Notes: generated by a model from the letters alone, not told the origin. A DNA stretch of 64,000 nt from an uncultured Nitrososphaeraceae archaeon (GCA_963729045.1 CAVSMN010000012.1:320001-384000); one strand, 5' to 3'. Counted from the stretch's first letter, positions 1 through 10,923 are shown. Made by a program: numbers and translations.

Positions 1-361
1 GAAATAGCAATCTACCAACCCGAGCTAATGACCATTCTATTATTTGCATCCATGTCTCATAAAACTGGGACTTTTATTCCTTAAAGTCAATTAAAAATAA
101 CTTTTGTAGGATTCATAAAGGACTACAAAAATCCTTCGTGATAATCACATCCGAATGACATTGTATTCAGCAAATACGTCTATAATTTTTCCTTTTTTCA
201 TTAAATTATTTGCCATAGGATGAATACCATTTCTCAATTCTAATTCTAAAGCGCCAAACATTCTCCATTCTATACTATCCGACCAGCATAGAGTCGTATC
301 TTTGGATGTAATTACATGTAAACATAAAACAGAGAAGGACATCTTCAAATGATGTCAATTA

Positions 362-2023
362 TCATAAATTACTGATTTTATTTATATAATTGATTAATCT
401 TTTATCAAGAAAATCAAATTGAAAATCAGTAAGCGAGCCCCTTCTATACGTATTAAATATATCTCTCCTAAGGTTTTCCAATTTGATAATGCTTTCAGTT
501 TTGTCACCTACGTCAGCATCCTGTATGGCTTTATTAGTTATCTGAATTAGCTTGTTAAACTTTCTTCTCTGTCCACCCTTAAAAAACCATCCAAGTAAAA
601 CAGAAGCCATACCAGTTATACCTCCTATTAGGAAAATATATTGTTCAGTCGAAAGTGTTGGTCTAAAATTAGCAACAATGTTACCGTATTCGCTTGACTT
701 AAATTTTAGAGGGTTTTCAGTGCTGAATGCAAGTCCTGACCACGAGTCAAATGTGTATCCTCTTTCAGGCACTGCCGTGCAAGTTGCTTCATTGTCAGTT
801 GTGATAATAGTACTATTTTGATTTAGATTTTTTATACCATTGCACTCTATGAATCCAGAATTTTCCGGACTAGTCTCAAACCCTATTCTTACTATACTTT
901 CATCCTCTTTTCCGTCGATTATTGAAAGAGTATTGGAAGCAGTATTCGTAATGTAAACTAGGTTAGTAATGGGGTCTATTGCCACAAAACTTGCAATCAA
1001 TGGGAATTTTATATTTGTGGGAATTGTAGAAGGATATCCTTCTCTTTCGGTAATTGAGGAGGGATTTACTGGGATATCTTTTATTTTCTCCAAGGATGTT
1101 TCGTTTATTACACTTACAGTATTGGATCCTATGTTACTTACATATACCTTACCTGTGAGCGGATTAATTTTCACACCTACGGGAAACTGACCAGTCTGAA
1201 TGGTCTTTAACACAGTGCCGTCAGTTCCATTTATCAAAGAAAGTGAGTTTGAAGCGTAATTTGTCACATAGACAAGGTTTCTTTTCTCATTAATTTCAAT
1301 TCCTACTGGAGAATTGCCAGCAGGGATGCTTTTTATGAAATTGTAATTATCTTCATCTATGACTGTGATAGTTGAATTAGCAATGTTTGAAACGTACAAT
1401 TTATTTGATTGGGGATCAATGCCGATACCATAAGGGGTACTTATGCCGCTTATCGTCCTGATAACCTTATTAGTTATTCCGTCAATCACAGAAATTGAAC
1501 TTGAATCAATATTTGTAACATATACCCAATTACTTGATTGATCCACAGCAACTTGAACCGGGGATTTACCGACTGTAATATTGTCGATTACTGAATCCGT
1601 CGAACCATCAATTACCGTAACGTCGTTTGATCCTCTGTTTGTCACATAAATTCTATTATTAAATTGATTCGCGTCTATACTATATGGAAATATCCCAGTC
1701 TGAATGGTACTTATTAATTTGTCCGTTTTTGCATCAAATACCGAAACTGTATTGGAATACTGATTTGCGACATAGATTTTATTAGTGAATGGATTCAAGG
1801 TTATTCCTACCGGATAGCTTCCTGTATTGAATCCCGAAATGAACTTCTTTTCATCTTCTTGAGCTATTGCCATATTATTTGCTATTGTATTATTGCCTTG
1901 GTCAATGTTCATCCGTCCAGACGAAATTAGTCTGTCTGTAGCAGGCGGAGGATCAAAGTAAATTTGTAGATTCACCAAGGTTAAAAAAATAAATGATATG
2001 AAAATCAGCAACCAAGACTTCAT
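362..2023 (-). CDS. YVTN/YncE-type beta-propeller surface protein with C-terminal membrane anchor
   Basis: Repeated 'IYVTN/VYVSN...SN.VSVID' blades; N-terminal hydrophobic signal; 'GYTFDSWSG' InlB B-repeat-like segment; TM helix near the C-terminus. Confidence 0.85.
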   Translation of the reverse strand: MKSWLLIFISFIFLTLVNLQIYFDPPPATDRLISSGRMNIDQGNNTIANNMAIAQEDEKKFISGFNTGSYPVGITLNPFTNKIYVANQYSNTVSVFDAKTDKLISTIQTGIFPYSIDANQFNNRIYVTNRGSNDVTVIDGSTDSVIDNITVGKSPVQVAVDQSSNWVYVTNIDSSSISVIDGITNKVIRTISGISTPYGIGIDPQSNKLYVSNIANSTITVIDEDNYNFIKSIPAGNSPVGIEINEKRNLVYVTNYASNSLSLINGTDGTVLKTIQTGQFPVGVKINPLTGKVYVSNIGSNTVSVINETSLEKIKDIPVNPSSITEREGYPSTIPTNIKFPLIASFVAIDPITNLVYITNTASNTLSIIDGKEDESIVRIGFETSPENSGFIECNGIKNLNQNSTIITTDNEATCTAVPERGYTFDSWSGLAFSTENPLKFKSSEYGNIVANFRPTLSTEQYIFLIGGITGMASVLLGWFFKGGQRRKFNKLIQITNKAIQDADVGDKTESIIKLENLRRDIFNTYRRGSLTDFQFDFLDKRLINYINKISNL

Positions 2024-2170
2024 ATACTGACTCTGACTTTATCAATTATAATTTTTTGTATCGCACCTCATAATATCGAAAAGAAGTGATTAGGAATATT
2101 GTTCTCGATAAATCATACTTAACAATTATATCTGCAATAATCTTATTAAATTAAAAGGGATTTAAAAGGC

Positions 2171-2608
2171 GTGGTACAAGTAAAAACCCAGAGCTTATCA
2201 CTAGCTGTACTATTATGTTTTTATGTCATTTTTGTTTTTTCAATTACTCCGTTTATGACCAATTTTCCTGGGATGTCTTTTGAGGTAACTGATCAAAACA
2301 ATGAAGGTGTGTTTAGTTCTTTAAGTAGAAATTTTGAACAAACCGTTGAGGAAATAAACAATGCTGATGAAAAGAGCACTACCTCAACCTCCCCCTCCTC
2401 CTCAACCGACTCCTCTAACAATGCTGATGAAAAGAGCACTACCTCAACCTCCCCCTCCTCCTCAACCGACTCCTCTAACAATGCTGATGAAAAGAGCACT
2501 GCTTCTAATGTCCCAATTGCAGCTTTCGAATCTTCTAATCTCATTAGCAGCAATTCGACCACAACTGACGATTTGGAGAAAAATAATGAAACCGGTTTCA
2601 TCAAGTAA
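2171..2608 (+). CDS. Secreted/membrane Ser/Thr-rich hypothetical protein with internal repeats
   Basis: N-terminal hydrophobic segment; NNADEKSTTSTSPSSSTDSS repeats. Confidence 0.65.
   Translation: MVQVKTQSLSLAVLLCFYVIFVFSITPFMTNFPGMSFEVTDQNNEGVFSSLSRNFEQTVEEINNADEKSTTSTSPSSSTDSSNNADEKSTTSTSPSSSTDSSNNADEKSTASNVPIAAFESSNLISSNSTTTDDLEKNNETGFIK
2357..2500 (+). repeat. Perfect 60-bp tandem repeat, about 2.4 units, in frame
   Basis: aacaatgctgatgaaaagagcact... recurs at 2357, 2417 and 2477. Confidence 0.95.
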
Positions 2609-2983
2609 AATTAGTAACCATGCCTCTCATGCTGAATCGGGAATTTTTAGTAGACCAAGTAATTCAAAGTAACCCTTAACTACTGAAATTTGAATTAATG
2701 ATTAGAATTTAGCTTGTTCAATACCGAAGTTACTTTAATTTTCCATTGAAAAACTCTTCGTAATCAATTAATGCATTAACGAATTTCAATGGTGCCTTTT
2801 TTTCAGCCAATAAAGGACAATGAATTGATCTACAATTTGTAAATATCAAGATTAGAAGTTTAAATAACGTTAATTAAAATGGCAACACACGTGTTAATTA
2901 TTTAATTTTGAGTAGATTTACATGGTATTTAACAGAATTTACTAAAAAAAGTTAGGAATTCCAGATATAGAGAATGAACTGTC

Positions 2984-4165
2984 CTATGCTACTATATCTG
3001 CTATTGCCTCACCACTCGAAGTGCTGTTTGTGGCATTGTTTATTGCTCCTGTATCATCAATCGATTGTAGGCCCTTTTCGGCAAGTACTTCATTCAACAA
3101 GGTCGTATCATATATGCCTGAAAGATTCGGTCGATCTTTTCCCTTCTCTATAAATCCAAGGTCATATGCGTCATTTGCACTCTTAAAGAGGGTTAACTTC
3201 AATGGATCATATGTGAGTTCTAGATTACTGTAGGCCTTATCTAGTACACTTTCTGATATCTCTTGACCAGTAAGTTTCTTTAATTGAGTATTAAATTCCT
3301 TTGCTGCTGCTGCTGTATCGTTGTTTATCTTTAGTGTTTCATCTACGTGAGCTTCAAGTAATTTCTTTATGATTTCAGGATTCTTTTCAAGATAGTCTGT
3401 TCTGACAATTAAGTTGCCAGTTACAAACTTACCATCTGGCCATAAACTTTTCTCATCAACGAATACTTTACCGCCTGCTTCTTGTACTAATCTTGTTGCC
3501 CAAGGTTCAGGTACCCATGCTCCATCAATTTCACCTTTCAAGAATACTGTTAGTATATCCGCATTTGCAATAGGTAACACTGTTACGTTTCCACCATTTT
3601 CTACAGTATTGAAACCATTATCAATCAAGTATTTTCTCAAGGCCACATCTTGTGTGTTACCTAATTGAGGGGATGCAAATTTCTTTCCACCTAGGTCGTT
3701 GACTGTTTCTATCCCTGAATCATTTCTAACTATGAATGAGGCTCCACCACTAGATGCACCAGAAATTACTCTAAGATCTTTGCCTCCTGTAAGAAGATAT
3801 CCGTTTATAGCAGGGTTAGGACCAATGTAAGTAGCATCAATTCTATCTGCTAATAACGATTCAATTGCAGATGGGCCAGCATTAAATCTAAATGTTTCAA
3901 CAGTAACATTATCTCCTAACGTCTTCTGAAAATCTCCATTATTTAATCCAATTACGGCTTGTGAATGAGTGATATTTGGAAAGTACCCAATTCTCAAAGT
4001 CTTTTTCTCATCACCTAATGATTGTGCACTGGCAATCGATATGGGTGCTGATATCAATGCTATTGTGGTAATAATCATTGTAAAGACCAAGATAATTTGT
4101 CTTCCTCTATTATCAAAATTCTTTGGAATCTTGATACCTACTTTTTCTGACTTATTAATCATCAT
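2984..4165 (-). CDS. ssuA: ABC transporter substrate-binding protein, aliphatic sulfonate (SsuA/TauA/NMT1-like), copy 1
   Basis: RIGYFPNITHSQA, FNAGPSAIE, ASPQLGNTQDVALR and AWVPEPW motifs; N-terminal anchor. Confidence 0.85.
   Translation of the reverse strand: MMINKSEKVGIKIPKNFDNRGRQIILVFTMIITTIALISAPISIASAQSLGDEKKTLRIGYFPNITHSQAVIGLNNGDFQKTLGDNVTVETFRFNAGPSAIESLLADRIDATYIGPNPAINGYLLTGGKDLRVISGASSGGASFIVRNDSGIETVNDLGGKKFASPQLGNTQDVALRKYLIDNGFNTVENGGNVTVLPIANADILTVFLKGEIDGAWVPEPWATRLVQEAGGKVFVDEKSLWPDGKFVTGNLIVRTDYLEKNPEIIKKLLEAHVDETLKINNDTAAAAKEFNTQLKKLTGQEISESVLDKAYSNLELTYDPLKLTLFKSANDAYDLGFIEKGKDRPNLSGIYDTTLLNEVLAEKGLQSIDDTGAINNATNSTSSGEAIADIVA
3575..3769. repeat. 195-bp tract identical to 5179-5373
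   Basis: Base-by-base match from taacactgttac to ccagaaattac. Confidence 0.95.
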
Positions 4166-4221
4166 GCGTATAACGTTTAACGTTACTTATTATTCATTTT
4201 CAATGTGCCATTTTTTTTAAT

Positions 4222-4242
4222 ATTGTGCAGTTTAAGCATATA
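4222..4242. promoter_or_regulatory. Candidate palindromic operator (GC-N7-GC) upstream of ssuA copy 1
   Basis: attgtgcag-ttt-aagcatata; resembles the sites at 8245, 9710, 9729 and 12826. Confidence 0.35.
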
Positions 4243-4611
4243 TTCTGCGCCGACCGAAAAGTTATAATATTATGCCATCTATACCCAGGGACACAATTGT
4301 GCTCTATCATTATGTTGATAATTTGGTACAAGTTGTTGATTGAAGGCAAGCGATATGATCTGCCTATAATTAAATTTGAAAGTATCGTGACTCAAAATCA
4401 AAAAATCTAAAGGAGCGCGATTTTGAAAAATGATGTTAGACTTTTTGCCTATCATAATATTAATGGGTAGAAAATACATACTTGATTTTACGAAATTGTG
4501 CTACCTGATCCTTTTCATCCCGGCATATTTGATAGAATCCACCTCCGTTTACTAACAAATGGTTTAATTTACTAATGATTAGTAAATTAAACAACAAACC
4601 ATCATTACTGA

Positions 4612-5769
4612 TTATGGAACGGGGCTCAGACCTTTGCTCTTCAGTACTTCGTTTAAGAGACCAAGATCATAAATACTTGATAAATCTATTTGACGACTGC
4701 TTCCTAGATTTATATATCCCAAGTCGTTAGCGTCCTCAGCTATCTTGTTAAGCGATGCTGAGAGGGGATCGTAGGTAAATTCTATCCTTGATAATGCATC
4801 TTTTATTTGGTCCTCTGGATAAGTCTTACCAGTAATGTTCTTTAGCCCTTCATTAAATGCAACCGTTAATTCTTGAATATTTTTTTCATCCGTTTCAGTA
4901 TTATTAGTTTTTGATAACTTTTGATTTATCCATAATGTTTCATTGATATGTGCTTCAAGCAGTTTCTTTATAATTTCGGGATTATCTTTAAGATAATCCG
5001 TTCTAGCTAAAATATTGGCTGTCACGAATTTACCTTCTGGAGGCCAGAGCTCCCTTTCGTCGACCAAGATAAATCCTTTTCCTTGTTCTTTTAGAATGGC
5101 ACCTAAAGGTTCAGGTACCCATGCCCCGTCAATCTCTTTATTTAGAAACAATTTGATTATGTCCGCGGGTTTTGCTGCTAACACTGTTACGTTTCCACCA
5201 TTTTCTACAGTATTGAAACCATTATCAATCAAGTATTTTCTCAAGGCCACATCTTGTGTGTTACCTAATTGAGGGGATGCAAATTTCTTTCCACCTAGGT
5301 CGTTGACTGTTTCTATCCCTGAATCATTTCTAACTATGAATGAGGCTCCACCACTAGATGCACCAGAAATTACCCGTAAACCCTCTCCTCCCGAAACAAT
5401 GTAACCATTAATAGTAGGGTTAGGACCAACATAAGCTACATCAATCTGTCCTGCATATAGAGCTTCAATTGCCGAGGGACCGGTTGTAAAAACAAACTCT
5501 TTTACTGAGATGTTACCTAAATTCTTTTCATTTTCTATTATTTGTCTAAAATCTCCATTGTTTAGGCCAATTATGGCTTGAGCATGATTCAAATTTGGAA
5601 AATACCCAATTTTTAAAGAATCAGCCTTCGCATTTACGGTTTGACTGGTAGATCCAGTTGTACTATTATCCTGACCCATCAATAAAGACCAATAGAAATT
5701 ATAATTAGAAGATATGATAACTACGATAATTATGGCAAATGAAATACCCAACTTTAATTTTGAATCCAT
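4612..5769 (-). CDS. ssuA: ABC transporter substrate-binding protein (SsuA-like), copy 2
   Basis: Paralog of 2984-4165 with the same motifs. Confidence 0.85.
   Translation of the reverse strand: MDSKLKLGISFAIIIVVIISSNYNFYWSLLMGQDNSTTGSTSQTVNAKADSLKIGYFPNLNHAQAIIGLNNGDFRQIIENEKNLGNISVKEFVFTTGPSAIEALYAGQIDVAYVGPNPTINGYIVSGGEGLRVISGASSGGASFIVRNDSGIETVNDLGGKKFASPQLGNTQDVALRKYLIDNGFNTVENGGNVTVLAAKPADIIKLFLNKEIDGAWVPEPLGAILKEQGKGFILVDERELWPPEGKFVTANILARTDYLKDNPEIIKKLLEAHINETLWINQKLSKTNNTETDEKNIQELTVAFNEGLKNITGKTYPEDQIKDALSRIEFTYDPLSASLNKIAEDANDLGYINLGSSRQIDLSSIYDLGLLNEVLKSKGLSPVP
5179..5373. repeat. 195-bp tract identical to 3575-3769
   Basis: Direct sequence identity. Confidence 0.95.
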
Positions 5770-5965
5770 GTTATTTTTTTTGTAAATGGGATGTATTAAT
5801 AATCAGAAATAGGCAAAAAATGTATATTACACGTGGTTTTAGCAATAATGTTGTAATACTGACTCACAAAGGGTTATTTTCAGTATTTCAACTCCTTTAT
5901 CCTAACTTATCACGGTTCAATAAAAGTATGTGTAGGAGAAAAAGTGATGTTAGGTCAAAATGAAA

Positions 5966-6904
5966 TCATTTATTTTCAATGTCCTGCTCTTGTCTTAATC
6001 CCCATTTCTCTCTTACCCTTTCTTCTAGTTTTGCAAAGATTACTTTATCAAATAACATTCCTAATGCGAAAATAGTAATCATAGATGCTATTATCTGATC
6101 CATCAGTTGGAATTCTCTACCTACTAGTAGTATGTGTCCTATCCCTACCGCAGCAGCCATAAGTATTTCCGCTCCAATCAAAGCGTGCCAAGCAAATGAC
6201 CACGCTTGTTTTATTCCTATTATTAATGCAGGAGTGGCTGCTGGTATCATTAAGTATCTAAATAATGAGAAACCTTTAGCTCCCATATTTCTTGCAGCCT
6301 TTAGATATATGGGAGGTATGTTTCTTATTCCACTGTAAGCAGACATCATGACTGAAAATACTGAACTCATTATGACTACAAATAATATTCCTATATCATT
6401 TAGACCGATAAGCAGGATAGCAAATGGAACCCAAGCAACACTCGGAAAAGACTGTAATCCTACCGCAAAAGAACTCATTGTTTTTCCAAAGCCACTAAAT
6501 CTTACCATTGCAAGTCCCACACAAACCCCGATTCCTATTGATGCAGCAAATCCAATCAAGAGCCTATAAAGAGTCATTCCTATGCTTATCGTCAAAGTGC
6601 TATCTAGAGTTAGGTCATAAAACGATTCTACTACCATTATAGGAGATGGTAGTGATACTTTTGGCCAAATGCCACTTAAATACGCGAGTTGCCATAGGCC
6701 AATAAAAACTGCAATAAATAAAATGGTATTTGAGAATTCATCCAACCTGATTTTCTTTTTCAAGGGAATCTTGCTTTTATTTGGGCTTTTTTCGTCTAAA
6801 GAAATGATTTCTGATTCTTCGATGGAGTGCGATTCATCTAAATCATTTTCAATATCTTCCTTATTTTTCCGTTTATTTTCGTCATCTTCAGGAGCCCTGT
6901 ACAA
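5966..6904 (-). CDS. ssuC: ABC transporter permease (SsuC/TauC-like)
   Basis: LPSP motif, EAA-like loop 'KAARNMGAKG', 'AW..LIGAE'; multiple TM helices. Confidence 0.9.
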   Translation of the reverse strand: MYRAPEDDENKRKNKEDIENDLDESHSIEESEIISLDEKSPNKSKIPLKKKIRLDEFSNTILFIAVFIGLWQLAYLSGIWPKVSLPSPIMVVESFYDLTLDSTLTISIGMTLYRLLIGFAASIGIGVCVGLAMVRFSGFGKTMSSFAVGLQSFPSVAWVPFAILLIGLNDIGILFVVIMSSVFSVMMSAYSGIRNIPPIYLKAARNMGAKGFSLFRYLMIPAATPALIIGIKQAWSFAWHALIGAEILMAAAVGIGHILLVGREFQLMDQIIASMITIFALGMLFDKVIFAKLEERVREKWGLRQEQDIENK

Positions 6905-7250
6905 AGAAATCCTGTTTATTATTAGGCCTCCCGTATATCAATTTTCTTAGGCTTTTTACAAATTTAACTTCTTCAATGCATAATCACTATCACAACTTAC
7001 CTAACTTGAAATCGACCACTCAATTAGATTAGTTATCAGTGGACCATCAAATAAGTTATCAACTTTTTTCGTTTCTTGCCATTATTTGAAAATTATTTTA
7101 AGAAAAATCGATTCTGATATTGGACATTCGTTCAAAATTTTATAAAACTGTAATAAAGAAAACAAAATCAAAATAATATCCTGAAGGAATATTGTAAGAA
7201 CAATGATACAATAATGATTTCGTTATGTGTCTTAAGTTAGCCTGTAATTA

Positions 7251-8237
7251 TTATATCCATTCTGCCTTGACCAAATTGTAGACTTTTTTTCTTGTGTCGT
7301 CTAAGCTATTCTTTTCAATTATCAAACCTTGTTCTTTGAGTTCTTCGACTGAAGCTTGAACTGTTCTTCGTGGTAGATTGGTAACATAGATCAATTCGCT
7401 TTGATCAATAGGGTGCTTACTCCTAATTATGTAGTGAATAAATTTTGTGGCAGGACTACCTTCAGGACCTTTCTTTACTGGAGTAATGCTGAAGCTTGCC
7501 TTAGATAGGAAACCTCTCCTTTGGGACTCTATAGATAATACATTATTGAGTTTTATCTCACCCATATTTACTCGCTGTCCAAATTCTGCTACTAATACTG
7601 CTTGCTGAATCTCTAACGGAGCCTCAAAAATTATGCTGTTAGGATTAATTTTTGAAGTAATAGCGGAAAGTAAATTCCATTTGATATCTCCTTTTTCATC
7701 ATAGATACCCACGTTGTACCCCAAATTTGCTTCCAGGACTATTTTTTCTTGGCTAATCTCTAGAATTTCATTCATCTTCTTTATTGTTTCATCAACCGAT
7801 AGTTGCCTTCTGGGATCTTTGTGCCCGATTTTCCATTGAACCCTCATATCATACGAATCAACTATTTTTAGGATCTTCTTTTTTTCCTCAAAGGCAAGAT
7901 GAATACTATTTTCACTTATTTCAATTATATCAAACCCAATTGTTTTTGCACTCTCCATAAATTTTTCAAACACTTTTTCACGTATCGCGTATTCGGTCAA
8001 CGTACTCCCTGTAGAAACTAGAACATTTGATTGATGGTAAAAATCAATTCTATTAATGAGACTTTGTTGTTTTAGAAGAAGAGGAAATGCTCCATATATC
8101 TTGACCATGTCAATATAAGGAGATATAGTTTCAAAATTCTCTTTGTCAAGACCTTGAAATTTGTCTATAATGTATGTAATACCATCATGACGGGGTTTTT
8201 TATGATCTATTCTGTCCTCAATCAGGGTTTCTAGCAT
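7251..8237 (-). CDS. comA: ComA (phosphosulfolactate synthase)-like TIM barrel fused to a C-terminal winged HTH
   Basis: KPRHDGITYIIDK, GSTLTE, IIEISE, IFEAP and FG.RVN family motifs; C-terminal ~65 aa wHTH (..QSEL....LPRRTVQASVEELKEQGLI..DTRKKVY). Start moved to MLETLIE at 8237. Confidence 0.8.
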   Translation of the reverse strand: MLETLIEDRIDHKKPRHDGITYIIDKFQGLDKENFETISPYIDMVKIYGAFPLLLKQQSLINRIDFYHQSNVLVSTGSTLTEYAIREKVFEKFMESAKTIGFDIIEISENSIHLAFEEKKKILKIVDSYDMRVQWKIGHKDPRRQLSVDETIKKMNEILEISQEKIVLEANLGYNVGIYDEKGDIKWNLLSAITSKINPNSIIFEAPLEIQQAVLVAEFGQRVNMGEIKLNNVLSIESQRRGFLSKASFSITPVKKGPEGSPATKFIHYIIRSKHPIDQSELIYVTNLPRRTVQASVEELKEQGLIIEKNSLDDTRKKVYNLVKAEWI

Positions 8238-8244
8238 GAATGGA

Positions 8245-8265
8245 TGTATGCAGAATTTACATATA
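8245..8265. promoter_or_regulatory. Candidate operator immediately upstream of comA-HTH
   Basis: tgtatgcag-aat-ttacatata, an imperfect palindrome lying between an AT-rich TATA-like box and the start codon. Confidence 0.4.
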
Positions 8266-8798
8266 ATTAAATTGATATATGCATTTTTGAAAGTATACAC
8301 TAGACAAGAAGCATTAATTTTCGCATAAGATGTCAAATTGACACATTATCAAAGTTACTTCTTTTATCACTTCATTTCACTTCAATTTAGTCTATTATTA
8401 TTTAATGCAGCTAATTCTAGGTTCCATGACTCATCCTATCAAGTGGGTTAATTCTGACTATGTATGTTTTATTATGTTTTAACAGATTATTTGGGCTTAT
8501 GTCTAGTAGTAACATACCGACTGTAACTAATATTCCATTACAAGAACTAAACCGGGTTTCTAATTGATACCGTAGTTGACTCCTTTTTTTTTAAATGGGC
8601 TGACAATAATACCTTGAAAAGCATCCATTTTCAAGGATTGTTATTAATCAGTAAAAATTATGCGAAATATTGTATTAAAATAAAAACAAAATAAACGGGG
8701 GAAAAATAGTATTGAGACAAATAGATATTTTGCTGCCTTTGATAATGACTTCTGTTTTACCACATTACCCTGATTTTGTAGTATTAGAATCCTTAACA

Positions 8799-9671
8799 TT
8801 AATTTACTTTGGAAATAATTGTGCGGTCTAGATTTTGATTAATGGTTTCAAACTCTGTGATAGGACCATTTACAAATAAGTCATTTGATTCAGAAATAAT
8901 TTCTCGGGTAATTGATTCCACAAGAGGATGATCAATACTGCGTGGTCTCGGTATATTCACCACAACTTGCTTTTTTATATTCGCCAATTTGGGAGACATA
9001 ACAATAACTCTGTCACCCAATGCCACTGCCTCATGAATGTTATGAGTTACAAACAAAATAGTCTTTTTGGTTTCCTGGTGAATCCTCAATAGATGTGAAT
9101 AAAGCATTTTTCTAGTTTGAACATCTAAAGCAGCGAAAGGTTCATCCATTAGCAAAATCTTAGGATCCAACGCCAATGCTCTGGCGATCGCAACTCTTTG
9201 TTTCATTCCTCCAGATAGCTGGTGAATATAGGCATGGGTAAAATTGGTCAATTGAATCATATCAATTAATTTCATGACTTTTTCTTCCCTCTTATCTTTT
9301 GGAATTTTTGCAATTTTTAAACCAAATTCTATATTTTCATATACTGTTAACCAGGGAAATAAAGCTCCTTCCTGAAAAACTACCACCCGATCCGTGCTTG
9401 GAGATAGAGCAATAGGTTTATCATCAACAAGTATCTCACCATCAAATTTATTATCTAGACCAGCAACCAAATTAAGTAACGTACTTTTTCCACACCCAGA
9501 AGGACCTACAATAGTAACAAACTCTCCATTTTTGATGTTTAAACTAAGTTTATTGATAACCGTATGTTTGGAATGAATCTTGTTCTTTTTTTCAGTATAT
9601 CCTTTAGAAATGTTTTCGAGTTTTAAAATTGAACTATCAATAGATTGAATAGGATTTGCTAAACTAGACAT
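8799..9671 (-). CDS. ssuB: ABC transporter ATP-binding protein (SsuB/TauB/NrtD-like)
   Basis: GPSGCGKST, LSGGMKQR, LLMDEPFAALD, VTH motifs. Confidence 0.92.
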   Translation of the reverse strand: MSSLANPIQSIDSSILKLENISKGYTEKKNKIHSKHTVINKLSLNIKNGEFVTIVGPSGCGKSTLLNLVAGLDNKFDGEILVDDKPIALSPSTDRVVVFQEGALFPWLTVYENIEFGLKIAKIPKDKREEKVMKLIDMIQLTNFTHAYIHQLSGGMKQRVAIARALALDPKILLMDEPFAALDVQTRKMLYSHLLRIHQETKKTILFVTHNIHEAVALGDRVIVMSPKLANIKKQVVVNIPRPRSIDHPLVESITREIISESNDLFVNGPITEFETINQNLDRTIISKVN

Positions 9672-9709
9672 AATTATTACATAAACAGAAAATTATATAA
9701 TTAAATCCC

Positions 9710-9749
9710 TATACGCAACATTCGCCGATATGTGCCAGACTTGCACACT
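9710..9749. promoter_or_regulatory. Two tandem candidate operators upstream of ssuB
   Basis: tatacgcaa-cat-tcgccgata and tatgtgcca-gac-ttgcacact. Confidence 0.4.
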
Positions 9750-10397
9750 TAATGATGATTATGCGTCTTTTAGGAAAAAAATAAAAAAATTGTATAGTCA
9801 ATATTTGGTATATATCTTGGTTTATGCCATACATACAATAGATTATTCCTAAATCGATGCCATATTTATTTATCTTACAAAAAGGTAGTGATAGCGAAGG
9901 AATTTAAAATCGGTTATTTGAGATTATTTTAGAGTCAAGTCTAAATTTACGATTTGGGATATTTTTGTCGTTAATGTGGTTTACAAAATTGTTTGTTAAT
10001 CATCAATAATTTAAAGATCGATAGGTAATTCACTTGTCAATATTTACCCCCTTTATTAAATCAAATCAAATGATGACAAGGATTCAGACTTCAGACCCTG
10101 TTGTATATTGGAATTTGGTATAAACAATTTCTAAATAAGTTCCTATATGCAAGATCTGCATCTATTAGCTAAATCTGGCATATTATTAAACGGATCCAAA
10201 TATACTAATAACATTATATTTTATTAGGAATGATACTTTTTATGGATATATTCATATAAACCCGTTACTTTTTTGTATTTTTTTTATAAAGAGAGTTTAA
10301 TAACTATGAAATACCAAGTATTGATGATTGGCAGTCCCATCCAATCACAAAGATACTCCACGAAGAAACACAAAAGCAGTACGTATTCATTATAGTA

Positions 10398-10458
10398 GTG
10401 ATTCAGGTAATACCTAAATCGATGCCAGCACATCGTTAAGGTTATCAACCTGAATCAC
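10398..10458. repeat. Long imperfect inverted repeat (hairpin)
   Basis: gtgattcaggt...acctgaatcac outer arms; cgatg/catcg inner arms. Confidence 0.7.
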
Positions 10459-10923
10459 AATATCATTAGTATAAAAAGTAGGATACCCAACAAGGTTTAT
10501 GGACAGTCTATCATATTAAGAAATTGAAGTATTCTCTAAAAGTGACTAAATGATGCCATCTCTCTCTGTAGCTTAATAAAAAACCATAGCAAATACTAAA
10601 AAAGAGTGATTTTGACTATTTGGAATAAAAACCATCAAGAGCTTCGGTTATATTTTACATACATCTGTCTGTTTAGCTTTTCTACATATTACGGACGAAA
10701 CTGACTTTTAACACAAATCTACATGCGAATTGTGGATACCAGATTTAATAACCCTTTTGAGACCGGGCAACTGTCACAATAAGGGTCTCTGATCTTCAGT
10801 AAACTGCTACGTGAGAATCATATGTATCTATTCAAAAACCAATGCTTCAATAAATAAATTTAACAGGATAACAAAATTTTCTTTGCTTCTAATTGTAATT
10901 TCAATAGGGACATTTCTTCTCTA

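Noticed and set aside
552..6950. Antisense ORFs overlapping the propeller and ABC genes
   Set aside because: Shadows of well-supported opposite-strand genes
7251..8237. Coenzyme M biosynthesis pathway
   Set aside because: No comB-E in the window, and the ComA motifs are degenerate
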